Source of the DNA: Anaerolineae bacterium
GTDB taxonomy: Bacteria > Chloroflexota > Anaerolineae > Aggregatilineales > Phototrophicaceae
DNA length: 64,000 nt
Reading direction: 5' to 3'
NCBI GenBank assembly: GCA_022820125.1
Contig: JAJEGA010000014.1
Location: 18,567-82,566 of the forward strand
Part shown: positions 47,401 to 56,292 of the stretch, in pieces
Layout: the number at the start of each line of letters is the position of its first letter
Position numbering within the stretch: position 1 is the first letter of the stretch
Made by a program: the position numbers and the translations under genes
The notes under the pieces: generated by a model
What the model was told of the DNA's origin: nothing
Databases searched by the model: none
The model's input: the letters and a program-made list of their open reading frames with translations, nothing else

Positions 47401-48858
47401 ATGCGGCTCAGTCTGGATAGCAAGCACACCAAAATCGTAGCGACGATCGGGCCCGCTTCGCGCCAGCCGGAGACCCTGCGCGCCATGATTCGCGGTGGCA
47501 TGAATGTCGCTCGAATCAATTTCTCGCACGGCGATCACCAGATGCATGGCGAGACGATCGACAACATCCGCCGGCTCGCCGCCGAAGAAGGCACAACCGT
47601 GGGCCTGCTTTGCGATATTCAAGGTCCCAAAATCCGTATCGGGGAATTGCAGGAAGAGCCGGTGATGCTGGAAATTGGCGACAGCATCACGCTTACGCTG
47701 GATGACCTGGTCGGCAAAAAAGAGATCGTCTCGCTGCCGCATCCGGAATTCCTGCGCGATATCGAAGCCGGCGCCTCCCTCTTGCTCGATGACGGCAATC
47801 TGCAATTCAGCGTGCTGCGAACCGACGGGCGCAATCTCGATTGCAAAGTCGTTGTCGGTGGGCCGCTAAAGTCGCGCAAGGGCGTTTCAGCGCCGAACGC
47901 GCGCCTGACCCTGTCCGCCATCACCGACAAGGATAGCGAGGATATCGAATTCGCCCTGGCAAAAGATTGCGATTACATGGCGATGTCCTTCGTGCGCTCA
48001 GCCAATGATATCCATGAACTCAAGGCATTGATGCGCAAGTTGGGCAAGCAGGCAGCCGTCATCGCTAAAATCGAAATGGGCGAGGCGCTGGAAAAAATCG
48101 AAGAAATTATCGCCGTTTGCGATGGCATCATGGTCGCTCGGGGCGATCTCGGCATCGAAACGCCGGCGGAGGAAGTGCCCTTTCACCAGAAACGCATCAT
48201 TAAGCTTTGCAACGAGGCAGCCAAACCGGTTATCACAGCCACGCAAATGCTGGAGTCCATGACCGATAATCCACGACCGACGCGCGCGGAAGCCAGCGAT
48301 GTCTACAACGCCATTCTGGATGGCACCGATGCCATCATGCTCAGCGCCGAGAGCGCCAGCGGCCGCTATCCGGTCCGCGCCGTCGAGGTCATGAGCGAGA
48401 TCGCTTCCATTGCCGAGCAGAATCTCAGCGACGAGCGCGCGGCGCAGGCGAACAACCATTTCGCCGGTGAAGCAACAGAAGACATTTCCGACGCCATCAG
48501 CAAGGCGACTAGCGAAATCTCACAAGCCATCAAGCCAAAAGCCATCGTAACAACAAGCATGTCCGGCTATACCACGCGGCGCGTGGCGAAACAGCGCCCA
48601 AGCGCGCCCATCCTCTGCATGACGCCGATTACAACAACTCAACGCCGCATGGCGCTGGTTTGGGGCGTTACGCCGCTGCAGATCCAGGAGTTCGCCACCA
48701 TTGACGAAATGATCAGCATCATCGTCCGCACGGCGCACGAAAAGCGGCTGGTCGATCGCGGGGATCGGCTCGTCATCATCGCCGGCGTCCCCTTCGGCAT
48801 CGACGGCCAAACCAACTTGATCAAGATTCACACCGTTGGCGAAGAAGGCGAGATCTAA
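47401..48858 (+). CDS. pyk: Pyruvate kinase
   Basis: TKIVATIGPAS, MVARGDLGIE and ATQMLESM. Confidence 0.95.
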   Translation: MRLSLDSKHTKIVATIGPASRQPETLRAMIRGGMNVARINFSHGDHQMHGETIDNIRRLAAEEGTTVGLLCDIQGPKIRIGELQEEPVMLEIGDSITLTLDDLVGKKEIVSLPHPEFLRDIEAGASLLLDDGNLQFSVLRTDGRNLDCKVVVGGPLKSRKGVSAPNARLTLSAITDKDSEDIEFALAKDCDYMAMSFVRSANDIHELKALMRKLGKQAAVIAKIEMGEALEKIEEIIAVCDGIMVARGDLGIETPAEEVPFHQKRIIKLCNEAAKPVITATQMLESMTDNPRPTRAEASDVYNAILDGTDAIMLSAESASGRYPVRAVEVMSEIASIAEQNLSDERAAQANNHFAGEATEDISDAISKATSEISQAIKPKAIVTTSMSGYTTRRVAKQRPSAPILCMTPITTTQRRMALVWGVTPLQIQEFATIDEMISIIVRTAHEKRLVDRGDRLVIIAGVPFGIDGQTNLIKIHTVGEEGEI

Positions 48859-48933
48859 ACTGCGCTATCCACTGGCTCGGCTCGCTTCATTCTCGCGCGC
48901 CGAATGCGACCGGGAGAAGCGCCGCCCTTACCG

Positions 48934-49464
48934 CTATTCCACTTGCTGCGACGCCACCCACTTGGCGTCAATAGGCGCCGGCTCGGAGGGTTTGACGTGG
49001 CGCGAGCTCGTCGCTATCGTGCCGTCTGACGTATAGTTGACCTGGCTCGTGGTGCAGCGCGGGCAAATGTTCCACGGCAATTCCAGCAAATAATCGCAAT
49101 TCACACAGGTCTTTTTCAAACGATGATGACATTGCGGGCAGGCTTGCCAATCGTGCTGCACGCGCTGGCCGCAGCCGGGGCAAGTTGGCCGTTCTTCTAT
49201 CTCTTGCAGCAGCGCCTCTTCTTCCAGCGAGCGTTCGTAAGTCTCCGAGAGCGTCGCTCGCGGCCGCAATAATATGTATACAAACAGACCGGGCACATTA
49301 AGCAGAAAGACAATTACGGCGACCAGGAAACGCGCCAAGGGATCGCGCGATCGAGAACGCATGTCGCGGTATGCCCAAATCACCAAAGCCAACCAAAAGG
49401 CGGCGAGCGTAACAATGACAAATATCGTCCCGACCAGCAGGATATCGTCGAAGCCCTCTGGCAT
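48934..49464 (-). CDS. Membrane protein with PLD_N-like N-terminal TM segment pair and C-terminal double zinc-ribbon
   Basis: WAYRDMRSRSRDP after the first TM. CPGCG...CPQCH...CVNCD...CPRC. Confidence 0.6.
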   Translation of the reverse strand: MPEGFDDILLVGTIFVIVTLAAFWLALVIWAYRDMRSRSRDPLARFLVAVIVFLLNVPGLFVYILLRPRATLSETYERSLEEEALLQEIEERPTCPGCGQRVQHDWQACPQCHHRLKKTCVNCDYLLELPWNICPRCTTSQVNYTSDGTIATSSRHVKPSEPAPIDAKWVASQQVE

Positions 49465-49509
49465 TTATCAGTCTCCCAAGTTGATCATCAGGAGCGGAAT
49501 CCGAAATCG

Positions 49510-50964
49510 CTAGCCACTCGCCACAGCGCCTGCTGATTCAACCGCCAGCAGCATCATTTCGCTGACGACCGTATCGAACTGGTGACCAGAAGCATAAAAC
49601 CGAATCGCGTTGATGAAAGCCGGGCGGTGATCTTCCGCGATCAAATTAAGCAGATTCCCTGAGTCAAAGGTATACCACACCGACGGATTCGTATCGACAT
49701 GTTCTTGCAGACAGCTGGCGCAAGTCTTCTTGTGCGTGCCGGAAGCCTGGCCTTCGTAATAAAAGCCGCGAAACCAATTGCTGCGATTATTGGGCGGCGA
49801 GTCGCCAGTTGTGTAGGTGATATGCACCATTAACGGGCACTCGCTTCCTTCTTTGCCGCATAGACTGAGCGACTGATAATTGAGACTGAATGTCGCCAAG
49901 ACACGCAAGGACTCGAAATGTCTGACGTCCAAGCCCTCAGCCTCGAATTCTTGAATGCATGAGATTTCACCGTGTGTTGCCGCGTTGCCAAAGCGTTGCA
50001 GATTCACCCCCACGCGCCCATCCGACTCGAGAATGGAAAATGAACCGGGGGGGTTCTGTTCCGACAGGCCGCTGCAGCTCCAGTTCAAAGGCTCGCCCGG
50101 AGAATAGAGCTGCCCTATGCTTAAGCTCTGTAAGCTGAAGTCGCCAGTCATTAACAGGTTTGTTGTATCCTCAAGCGTCCGAATGCTTCGATTGCCCCTC
50201 TTGACAACCAATTCACTGCCGGGATCGACCGGATTGCGCAAATTGGGATCGTCGCCAAAAAACGCGCTGACCGCGCCTGCCAGGTTCAGCAGGCGAATTT
50301 CGTCTTCGGATACGCTCAAACGATAGCGGCCATTGCTGAGGGACTGGATGTGGACGCCCTTGTCTGTATTGAGGACATCGGTATAGATGTCCATCACAAA
50401 TGGATGCGCGTCTACCCCGGTGACGAGAACGTCCAGCTGGCCCGACAAACGCGAGAATTGAATGCGCTGCGGATCTTGGCTCCAATCGAAGCGTGGGCTG
50501 ATGGCATGGTTGAAGGTGACGAAGGTGTTGCCCTGCAAGGTTACCGCTGCCAGCAGTTCGGCTCTCTCGACATTATCTTCGGTATAATCGCGAAACTGGA
50601 TCGTGGCTTGCGAAAGCGAGTCCGTGCTGACGCTCGTGACCCGGTTGGTCAATTCTTCCCGGCTCCGCTCAACCGTCTCCCGCAGGTCCGCGCCGGTTAT
50701 TCCGACCGTTCCCTTGGACACATAAAGCGTCGCCGGTATCGGCACAGTGGAACGGAACAGGTAATGCCAGACGCCAAAACCTGCCGTCAATGTCATCGTG
50801 CAAAAGAGCGCAAACGCGCCCAACAGCACTATCCAGGCGATGCGCTCCGGCGATCTGGAGCCGCCAAAATCATAGGCGCCGCCATCGCTTGCCGCCGCTT
50901 CAATGATCTCTTCCGCCTGCTGTGTAATATCCACTTTGGCAATGCCCGGAACAATGACAAACAT
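49510..50964 (-). CDS. Hypothetical N-terminally anchored extracytoplasmic protein
   Basis: 484 aa. One TM near residue 50, then a large beta-rich domain. No motif recognised. Confidence 0.5.
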   Translation of the reverse strand: MFVIVPGIAKVDITQQAEEIIEAAASDGGAYDFGGSRSPERIAWIVLLGAFALFCTMTLTAGFGVWHYLFRSTVPIPATLYVSKGTVGITGADLRETVERSREELTNRVTSVSTDSLSQATIQFRDYTEDNVERAELLAAVTLQGNTFVTFNHAISPRFDWSQDPQRIQFSRLSGQLDVLVTGVDAHPFVMDIYTDVLNTDKGVHIQSLSNGRYRLSVSEDEIRLLNLAGAVSAFFGDDPNLRNPVDPGSELVVKRGNRSIRTLEDTTNLLMTGDFSLQSLSIGQLYSPGEPLNWSCSGLSEQNPPGSFSILESDGRVGVNLQRFGNAATHGEISCIQEFEAEGLDVRHFESLRVLATFSLNYQSLSLCGKEGSECPLMVHITYTTGDSPPNNRSNWFRGFYYEGQASGTHKKTCASCLQEHVDTNPSVWYTFDSGNLLNLIAEDHRPAFINAIRFYASGHQFDTVVSEMMLLAVESAGAVASG

Positions 50965-51071
50965 TCAATTGCCCTTGTTATTATAACATTCGCGCGCTCT
51001 TTTGTCTCAGCGATCATGCGCTATAATTAAGGCATGATTGCCAGCGCTGGCGAAAAGGAGGCAATGCGGTT

Positions 51072-51818
51072 ATGTCTGGTCACAGCAAATGGTCGACGAT
51101 CAAGCGCAAGAAGGGCGCCGAGGATGCCAAACGCGCGAAGATCTTCACCCGTTTGGGGCGTGATGTCATGGTTGCCGCCCGTGAAGGCGGTGGCGATGAA
51201 AGCGCCAACCCCAAGCTCAAATTGGCGATCGCCAAGGCGCGCGCCGCCAACATGCCCAAAGACAATATCGAACGGGCGATCAAAAAAGGAACGGGTGAAA
51301 TCGCCGGTGGCGAAGTTGTCGAAATTCTATACGAAGGTTATGGTCCCGAGGGCGTCGCCTACATCGTTGAAATCCTGACCGACAACAAGAACCGCGCCTT
51401 GGCTGAAGTAAAGCACGCCTTCAGCAAGTACGCCGGCAGCCTGGCGACCAACGGCGCCGTCATCTGGCAGTTCGACCAGAAGGGCATGATCACGCTGAAG
51501 GGCGAGATGGATTTCGACGAAGTCTTTATGGACGCAGCCGAAGCCGGCGCCGAAGATGTCGTCGATGAGGACGGCGTCATGACGGTTTATACCGCCCGCG
51601 ATGACTTCGCCGCCGTCGAACAGGCGCTAAGCGACGCCGGTTATGAATTCGAAGATAGCGAACTGCGCTGGATCCCGCAGAACGAAGTGGATGTGCCGAA
51701 AGGCAAAGCGCTGCAGAATATGCGCCTTTTGGAACAATTGGAGGACGCGGATGACGTGCAGGCTGTATCCTCTAATCTGAACATTACCGACGAAGCGCTG
51801 GCCGCCTTTCAAGCCTGA
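51072..51818 (+). CDS. yebC: YebC/PmpR-family DNA-binding regulator
   Basis: MSGHSKWSTIKRKK. Confidence 0.9.
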   Translation: MSGHSKWSTIKRKKGAEDAKRAKIFTRLGRDVMVAAREGGGDESANPKLKLAIAKARAANMPKDNIERAIKKGTGEIAGGEVVEILYEGYGPEGVAYIVEILTDNKNRALAEVKHAFSKYAGSLATNGAVIWQFDQKGMITLKGEMDFDEVFMDAAEAGAEDVVDEDGVMTVYTARDDFAAVEQALSDAGYEFEDSELRWIPQNEVDVPKGKALQNMRLLEQLEDADDVQAVSSNLNITDEALAAFQA

Positions 51819-51819
51819 T

Positions 51820-52314
51820 ATGCTTGCTCTTGGCATAGACCCGGGCACAGCCTCCCTCGGGTACGGGCTGGTGCGAGAGAATGGCGATGGCTCGCTGACC
51901 TGCCTACACTACGGCGTCATCCGCACGAAAGCCGATACGCCGATGCCGCAGCGCCTAAAGCATATTCACGACGAACTCGTCGCCCTGATTGAGCGCTATC
52001 AACCCGATAGAGCGGCTGTCGAGGAGCTCTTTTTCGCGCGTAATGTGACGACCGCCATTACCGTGGCGCAGGCGCGCGGCGTGATCTTGCTCGCGCTGCA
52101 GAACGCGGGCGCCCCCATCGCCGAGTACAAGCCCAACTTCATCAAACAAGCCATCACCGGCTTCGGCGCCGCCGACAAAGCGCAAATGCAGGAGATGGTT
52201 CGCCTGCTCCTGGCGCTCGAGCATAGGCCTCGCCCGGATGATGCCGCCGATGCGCTGGCCGTCGCCATTGCCGATCTGCACAGTTATCGGCTTGCCGGCG
52301 TCAACCCAATGTAA
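51820..52314 (+). CDS. ruvC: Crossover junction endodeoxyribonuclease RuvC
   Basis: LGIDPGTASLGYG, EELFF and DAADALAVA. Confidence 0.9.
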   Translation: MLALGIDPGTASLGYGLVRENGDGSLTCLHYGVIRTKADTPMPQRLKHIHDELVALIERYQPDRAAVEELFFARNVTTAITVAQARGVILLALQNAGAPIAEYKPNFIKQAITGFGAADKAQMQEMVRLLLALEHRPRPDDAADALAVAIADLHSYRLAGVNPM

Positions 52315-52329
52315 AACAGGTCAAATCCA

Positions 52330-52905
52330 ATGATTAGCGCCATCGAAGGCAGGCTCGCCAGCAAATCAGCCGATCATATCGTCCTGACAATTGGCGGCAT
52401 TGGGGTCGAAGTCTGCGCCCCATTCAGCACGATTGAGAAACTGCAAGCCGACCGCGTATGCTTGCAGACGCGCCTCGTCGTTCGCGAAGACTCGCTGACC
52501 CTTTACGGCTTCGCCACAACGAACGAACGCGACCTCTTTGACGCCTTCCTCAAAATCAGCGGCATTGGACCCCGGCTGGCCATCGCCATACTCAGCACCC
52601 TGAGCGTGGACAACATACACAGCGCCGTGCGCAGCGACCGTCCCGAGCTCATCAGCCGCGTGCCGGGCATCGGCAAAAAAACCGCCCAGAAGATCGTGCT
52701 TGAACTGCAAGACAAGATCCCGTCGGCGCTGGAGGCGGCACCACTGGGCGAAGACGGCGATACCAGCGCCGAGATTATGGATGCGCTGACTGCGCTCGGC
52801 TACAGCGTGGTTGAAGCGCAGACGGCAATCCAGTCCATTCCGATTGACGCGCCCGATAGCGTTGAAGCGCGCGTGATGATCGCGCTGCGGAACTTGGGTG
52901 GCTGA
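52330..52905 (+). CDS. ruvA: Holliday junction DNA helicase subunit RuvA
   Basis: MISAIEGRL; HhH motifs ISGIGPRLA and PGIGKKTAQKIV. Confidence 0.9.
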   Translation: MISAIEGRLASKSADHIVLTIGGIGVEVCAPFSTIEKLQADRVCLQTRLVVREDSLTLYGFATTNERDLFDAFLKISGIGPRLAIAILSTLSVDNIHSAVRSDRPELISRVPGIGKKTAQKIVLELQDKIPSALEAAPLGEDGDTSAEIMDALTALGYSVVEAQTAIQSIPIDAPDSVEARVMIALRNLGG

Positions 52906-52968
52906 CTTTTTTCGCTTCAAGCGTGGCGCCCTTGGCGAGCGCGGATTGAACAAACGCGGGAGCAGCAT

Positions 52969-53691
52969 ATGGCGGACACATTAATCGGCAAGCGCGTCGA
53001 CGTCCTCGACAAAGGCTGGATCGAATTGGTCGACCTGATGCCGCACCCGGCCTCGGACGTGACCGGCGACCTCGCCATCGTCAATGCGGCGCGCGTCAGT
53101 TTCCTTGGCGAGAGCAAGGGACCGGAGCGCGACAAAAAGCTGCTCTTCTATCTGCTCCGCCAGCGCCATACTTCCCCCTTTGAGATGGTCGAATTCAAAT
53201 TTCGCGTGCGCGCGCCGCTGGTGACTTGGTGGCAATGGGTGCGGCATCGCACCTGGAGTATGAACGCCCAATCGGGACGCTATACGCCCTTCCAGGAAAG
53301 TGACTTTTATGTGCCCGACCCCTGGCGCAAACAGAGCGCCGACAACAAGCAAGCCAGCGAAGGCAGCCTGGAGGCCGCCGCCGGGCTAGAACTCACTGAG
53401 AAGCTGCTGGCGCACTATGACGAAGGCTTCCGGCTTTATTCGGAAGCGTTGGAGAAAGGCGTTTCCAAAGAAATGGCGCGGCTATTCTTGCCCGGCTTCA
53501 GCGTCTATTACACCTGGGTGACCAAAATAGACGCGCATAATCTGATGCATTTTCTCCGATTGCGAATGGCGACCGACGCCCAATATGAGATCCGAGTCTA
53601 CGCCGCCGCAATCTATGAGCATTTCTTCAAGCCGGCCTTGCCCTGGACGGCGGAGGCTTTCCGCAAATTCATATTACAAATCGAAAACTGA
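52969..53691 (+). CDS. thyX: FAD-dependent thymidylate synthase
   Basis: ThyX motif RHRTWSMNAQSGRY. Confidence 0.9.
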   Translation: MADTLIGKRVDVLDKGWIELVDLMPHPASDVTGDLAIVNAARVSFLGESKGPERDKKLLFYLLRQRHTSPFEMVEFKFRVRAPLVTWWQWVRHRTWSMNAQSGRYTPFQESDFYVPDPWRKQSADNKQASEGSLEAAAGLELTEKLLAHYDEGFRLYSEALEKGVSKEMARLFLPGFSVYYTWVTKIDAHNLMHFLRLRMATDAQYEIRVYAAAIYEHFFKPALPWTAEAFRKFILQIEN

Positions 53692-53700
53692 AAGCGACGC

Positions 53701-54102
53701 TTAGTCTTCAATTTCAATCGTATCCGGGCGATTGATGAGAAAAGCCGAAGATCGTTCAAAATAATCACGCATCATGGAGCGCGCCGGCTCTTCGATTCCG
53801 GTTTCGTCAATCGCAGCGCACATATGATCAAACCAATGATCGCGCGCCCGTCGATCGATCGCAAACGGAAAATGCCGCATGCGCAGGCGCGGATGGCCGC
53901 GTTCTTCGCTGTAACGCGCTGGTCCCCCGAAGAATTGCACGAGGAAGAGGAATAAGCGCCGCTTCGATTCGGCAAGGTCAGCCGGATACATCGGGCGCAG
54001 AACAGCGTCCGCCTCGACCTTGTCGTAGAAAGCATCCACGATCAGTCGCAGGCTTTCTTCACCACCGAGCAATTCGTAAACGCTTCGCGGTTTGAAACTC
54101 AT
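53701..54102 (-). CDS. glbO: Group II truncated hemoglobin
   Basis: 133 aa. VYELLGGEE...FYDKV...LRPMYP...FLVQFFGGP..Y...RGHPRLRMRH. Confidence 0.8.
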   Translation of the reverse strand: MSFKPRSVYELLGGEESLRLIVDAFYDKVEADAVLRPMYPADLAESKRRLFLFLVQFFGGPARYSEERGHPRLRMRHFPFAIDRRARDHWFDHMCAAIDETGIEEPARSMMRDYFERSSAFLINRPDTIEIED

Positions 54103-54275
54103 AAGTTGCGCTATCCCACCCGATGCCGATTCTGATTTATCGCCCGGCTTATGCCGTTAATGATTGTATCCGCAGTTGCGGCGCTGCCCCAGCGAGAAAC
54201 TTTGACTTTACAATCGTCGCGCCAACTGTACAATCCATTCGTTAACTCAAATGGCGAGCGAGGTTACCGCAAAAT

Positions 54276-56162
54276 ATGCGAAACATCATCAAATTGGCGG
54301 CGTTGCTTTCGCTGCTGCTGACGCTGCAACTGAGCCTGGCGCAGGAATCGGCGTCCGTCAGCGTCATCGGCTCGGGCATTGGCAATTCGCTGCTGAGAGC
54401 CCTGGCCGAGCAAGCCGAGCAGGCGCCGCTGGACCTAAGCACGGTTGGCACCGCGGCCGGCATCGACCAGTTTTGCAACGGCGATATTGACCTGGCGACT
54501 GCTATACGTCCGATGTCGGGTACAGAAAAAGCGATCTGCGGCGCAAACGACATCGCGTACAGCGAATTGCTGATCGCCCACCGCATCCTCGCCTTTGTCG
54601 CCCATCCAGACGCGCCGCTCGAATGCTTGACTGAAAGCCAGGCGCAAGCGATATTGAAGCCCTCCGCCAGTGGCTTGGCGACGGATTGGACCTTCAGCGG
54701 CGATGATGAAAACGACACCCCCTTATCGCTAATCTTGCCGCCGGACGGACTAATCGAGTTCGTCATCGCCGATGATCTTGTGCCCGGCGATGGCTTGCGC
54801 CGCGACGCCCGCGCCTACGAAAACACCGCCGACGCGCTGGCAATTGTCGCCGAGACTGAAGGCGCCCTGGCCTTGGTGGGCTGGCATGAGCCGCTCGCTG
54901 AAATCGACTCCCTTGCCCTCCTGGCTTTTGACAGCGGCGAGCTTGGCGAATGCGCTTTGCCCTCAGCCGAAAATGTCGAGCAAGAGCAATACAGCACCGC
55001 CATCTCACTGATCGTCTATGTGAATCGCCCCCGCATGGCGTCAAACCCGCGCGTCTCTGAGCTATTGCAGTTTGTCACGGACAAGGCGAATCAAGCTCTC
55101 ATTCGCCTGAACGATGCGACCCCGCCGAGCGAAGCCGCTTATGATCTGAATAGTCGCGTGCTGATGGACGAAGCCGCCGCAGTGGACGCCGCGGACTTCC
55201 AGGCGCCTGGCGGCTTGACCGGCAGCCTGCGGATCGTCGGCGCCGCAAGCGCAGTGGATGTGCTTGACCTAGCGGCAACGGCGCTCACGCAAGTCAACGA
55301 GAGCCTGGCGATCAACCTGGACTTTGCCGGTCAAGCAAACGGAATTGCGGCGCTATGCGCGGGAGAAGCCGATATCGCGCTGCTGGATGCGCGCTTGACT
55401 GATGACGACCTCGCAGCCTGCAGCGCCAGCGACATCGCAACCCGGCCGATAACGCTAGGCTCGCAAGCCACCGTGTTGATCGGCAACGCCGCTGACGAGC
55501 ATACGCGCTGCCTGACCACCGATCAGGTCAACACAATATGGCGCGCCGAATCCGCCAAGCTCGTGACCAATTGGTCCGCCGTCGATCCGACATTTCCCGA
55601 TTTGGCCATGACGCTATTTGGCTGGACGCTGCTCGATCAGTCAACTGACATCCTGCTGCAAACAGCCGGCGATGTGATCCCGCCGATCAGGCGCGATACG
55701 GAAATAGATTATAACCCCTTGTATCGGGCGGCGGCGGTAGGCAATGTGCCCGGCGCCTTGACCTATGTCAACTGGAGCGACTATCAACGCGTCATCGAGG
55801 GCAACCAGGCGAATATCCAGCGGGTCGCGGTCGACGCCGGCGCCGGCTGCGTGACGCCAACGCCCCAAACGATTGCAGACGACAGCTACGCCCTTTCCCG
55901 ACCGGCGACCTTGCTCATCCGTCAGCGGGCTTTAACCGACATCAATAGCCAGTCCTATCTGTGGACGCTCTTTGGCGCCGACAACTGGCATAATGTTGAG
56001 CGAGAAGGTTTTGTCGGGCTGTCATCGCTGGAACTGCCCGCCGTCCGCCTGGAATTGCAGCGCTCATTCGCTGAAGCGCAAGCGAGATACCCGGACGCAG
56101 CCGATTCCGCCGCCGATGTCGCTACCCAAGATGACGAATCGGCCGCTGCGGATGAAGGTTGA
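54276..56162 (+). CDS. Secreted protein with two tandem PstS-like (PBP_like_2) periplasmic-binding domains and acidic tail
   Basis: Signal peptide present. VIGSGIGNS...GTAAGIDQFCNGDIDLATAIRPM recurs as VGAASAV...GQANGIAALCAGEADIALLDARL. Confidence 0.65.
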   Translation: MRNIIKLAALLSLLLTLQLSLAQESASVSVIGSGIGNSLLRALAEQAEQAPLDLSTVGTAAGIDQFCNGDIDLATAIRPMSGTEKAICGANDIAYSELLIAHRILAFVAHPDAPLECLTESQAQAILKPSASGLATDWTFSGDDENDTPLSLILPPDGLIEFVIADDLVPGDGLRRDARAYENTADALAIVAETEGALALVGWHEPLAEIDSLALLAFDSGELGECALPSAENVEQEQYSTAISLIVYVNRPRMASNPRVSELLQFVTDKANQALIRLNDATPPSEAAYDLNSRVLMDEAAAVDAADFQAPGGLTGSLRIVGAASAVDVLDLAATALTQVNESLAINLDFAGQANGIAALCAGEADIALLDARLTDDDLAACSASDIATRPITLGSQATVLIGNAADEHTRCLTTDQVNTIWRAESAKLVTNWSAVDPTFPDLAMTLFGWTLLDQSTDILLQTAGDVIPPIRRDTEIDYNPLYRAAAVGNVPGALTYVNWSDYQRVIEGNQANIQRVAVDAGAGCVTPTPQTIADDSYALSRPATLLIRQRALTDINSQSYLWTLFGADNWHNVEREGFVGLSSLELPAVRLELQRSFAEAQARYPDAADSAADVATQDDESAAADEG

Positions 56163-56292
56163 TCCCTTGCAAACTGGCGCGCCTGATACAATCGCATGAC
56201 CATTAACGTGGGCGTCCGGCAACGCGCGGCTTTATTCTTAGGTCGTTGACGCATTCAACCCGAATCGCGCGCCGTCCAGATCGGAGACTCCT

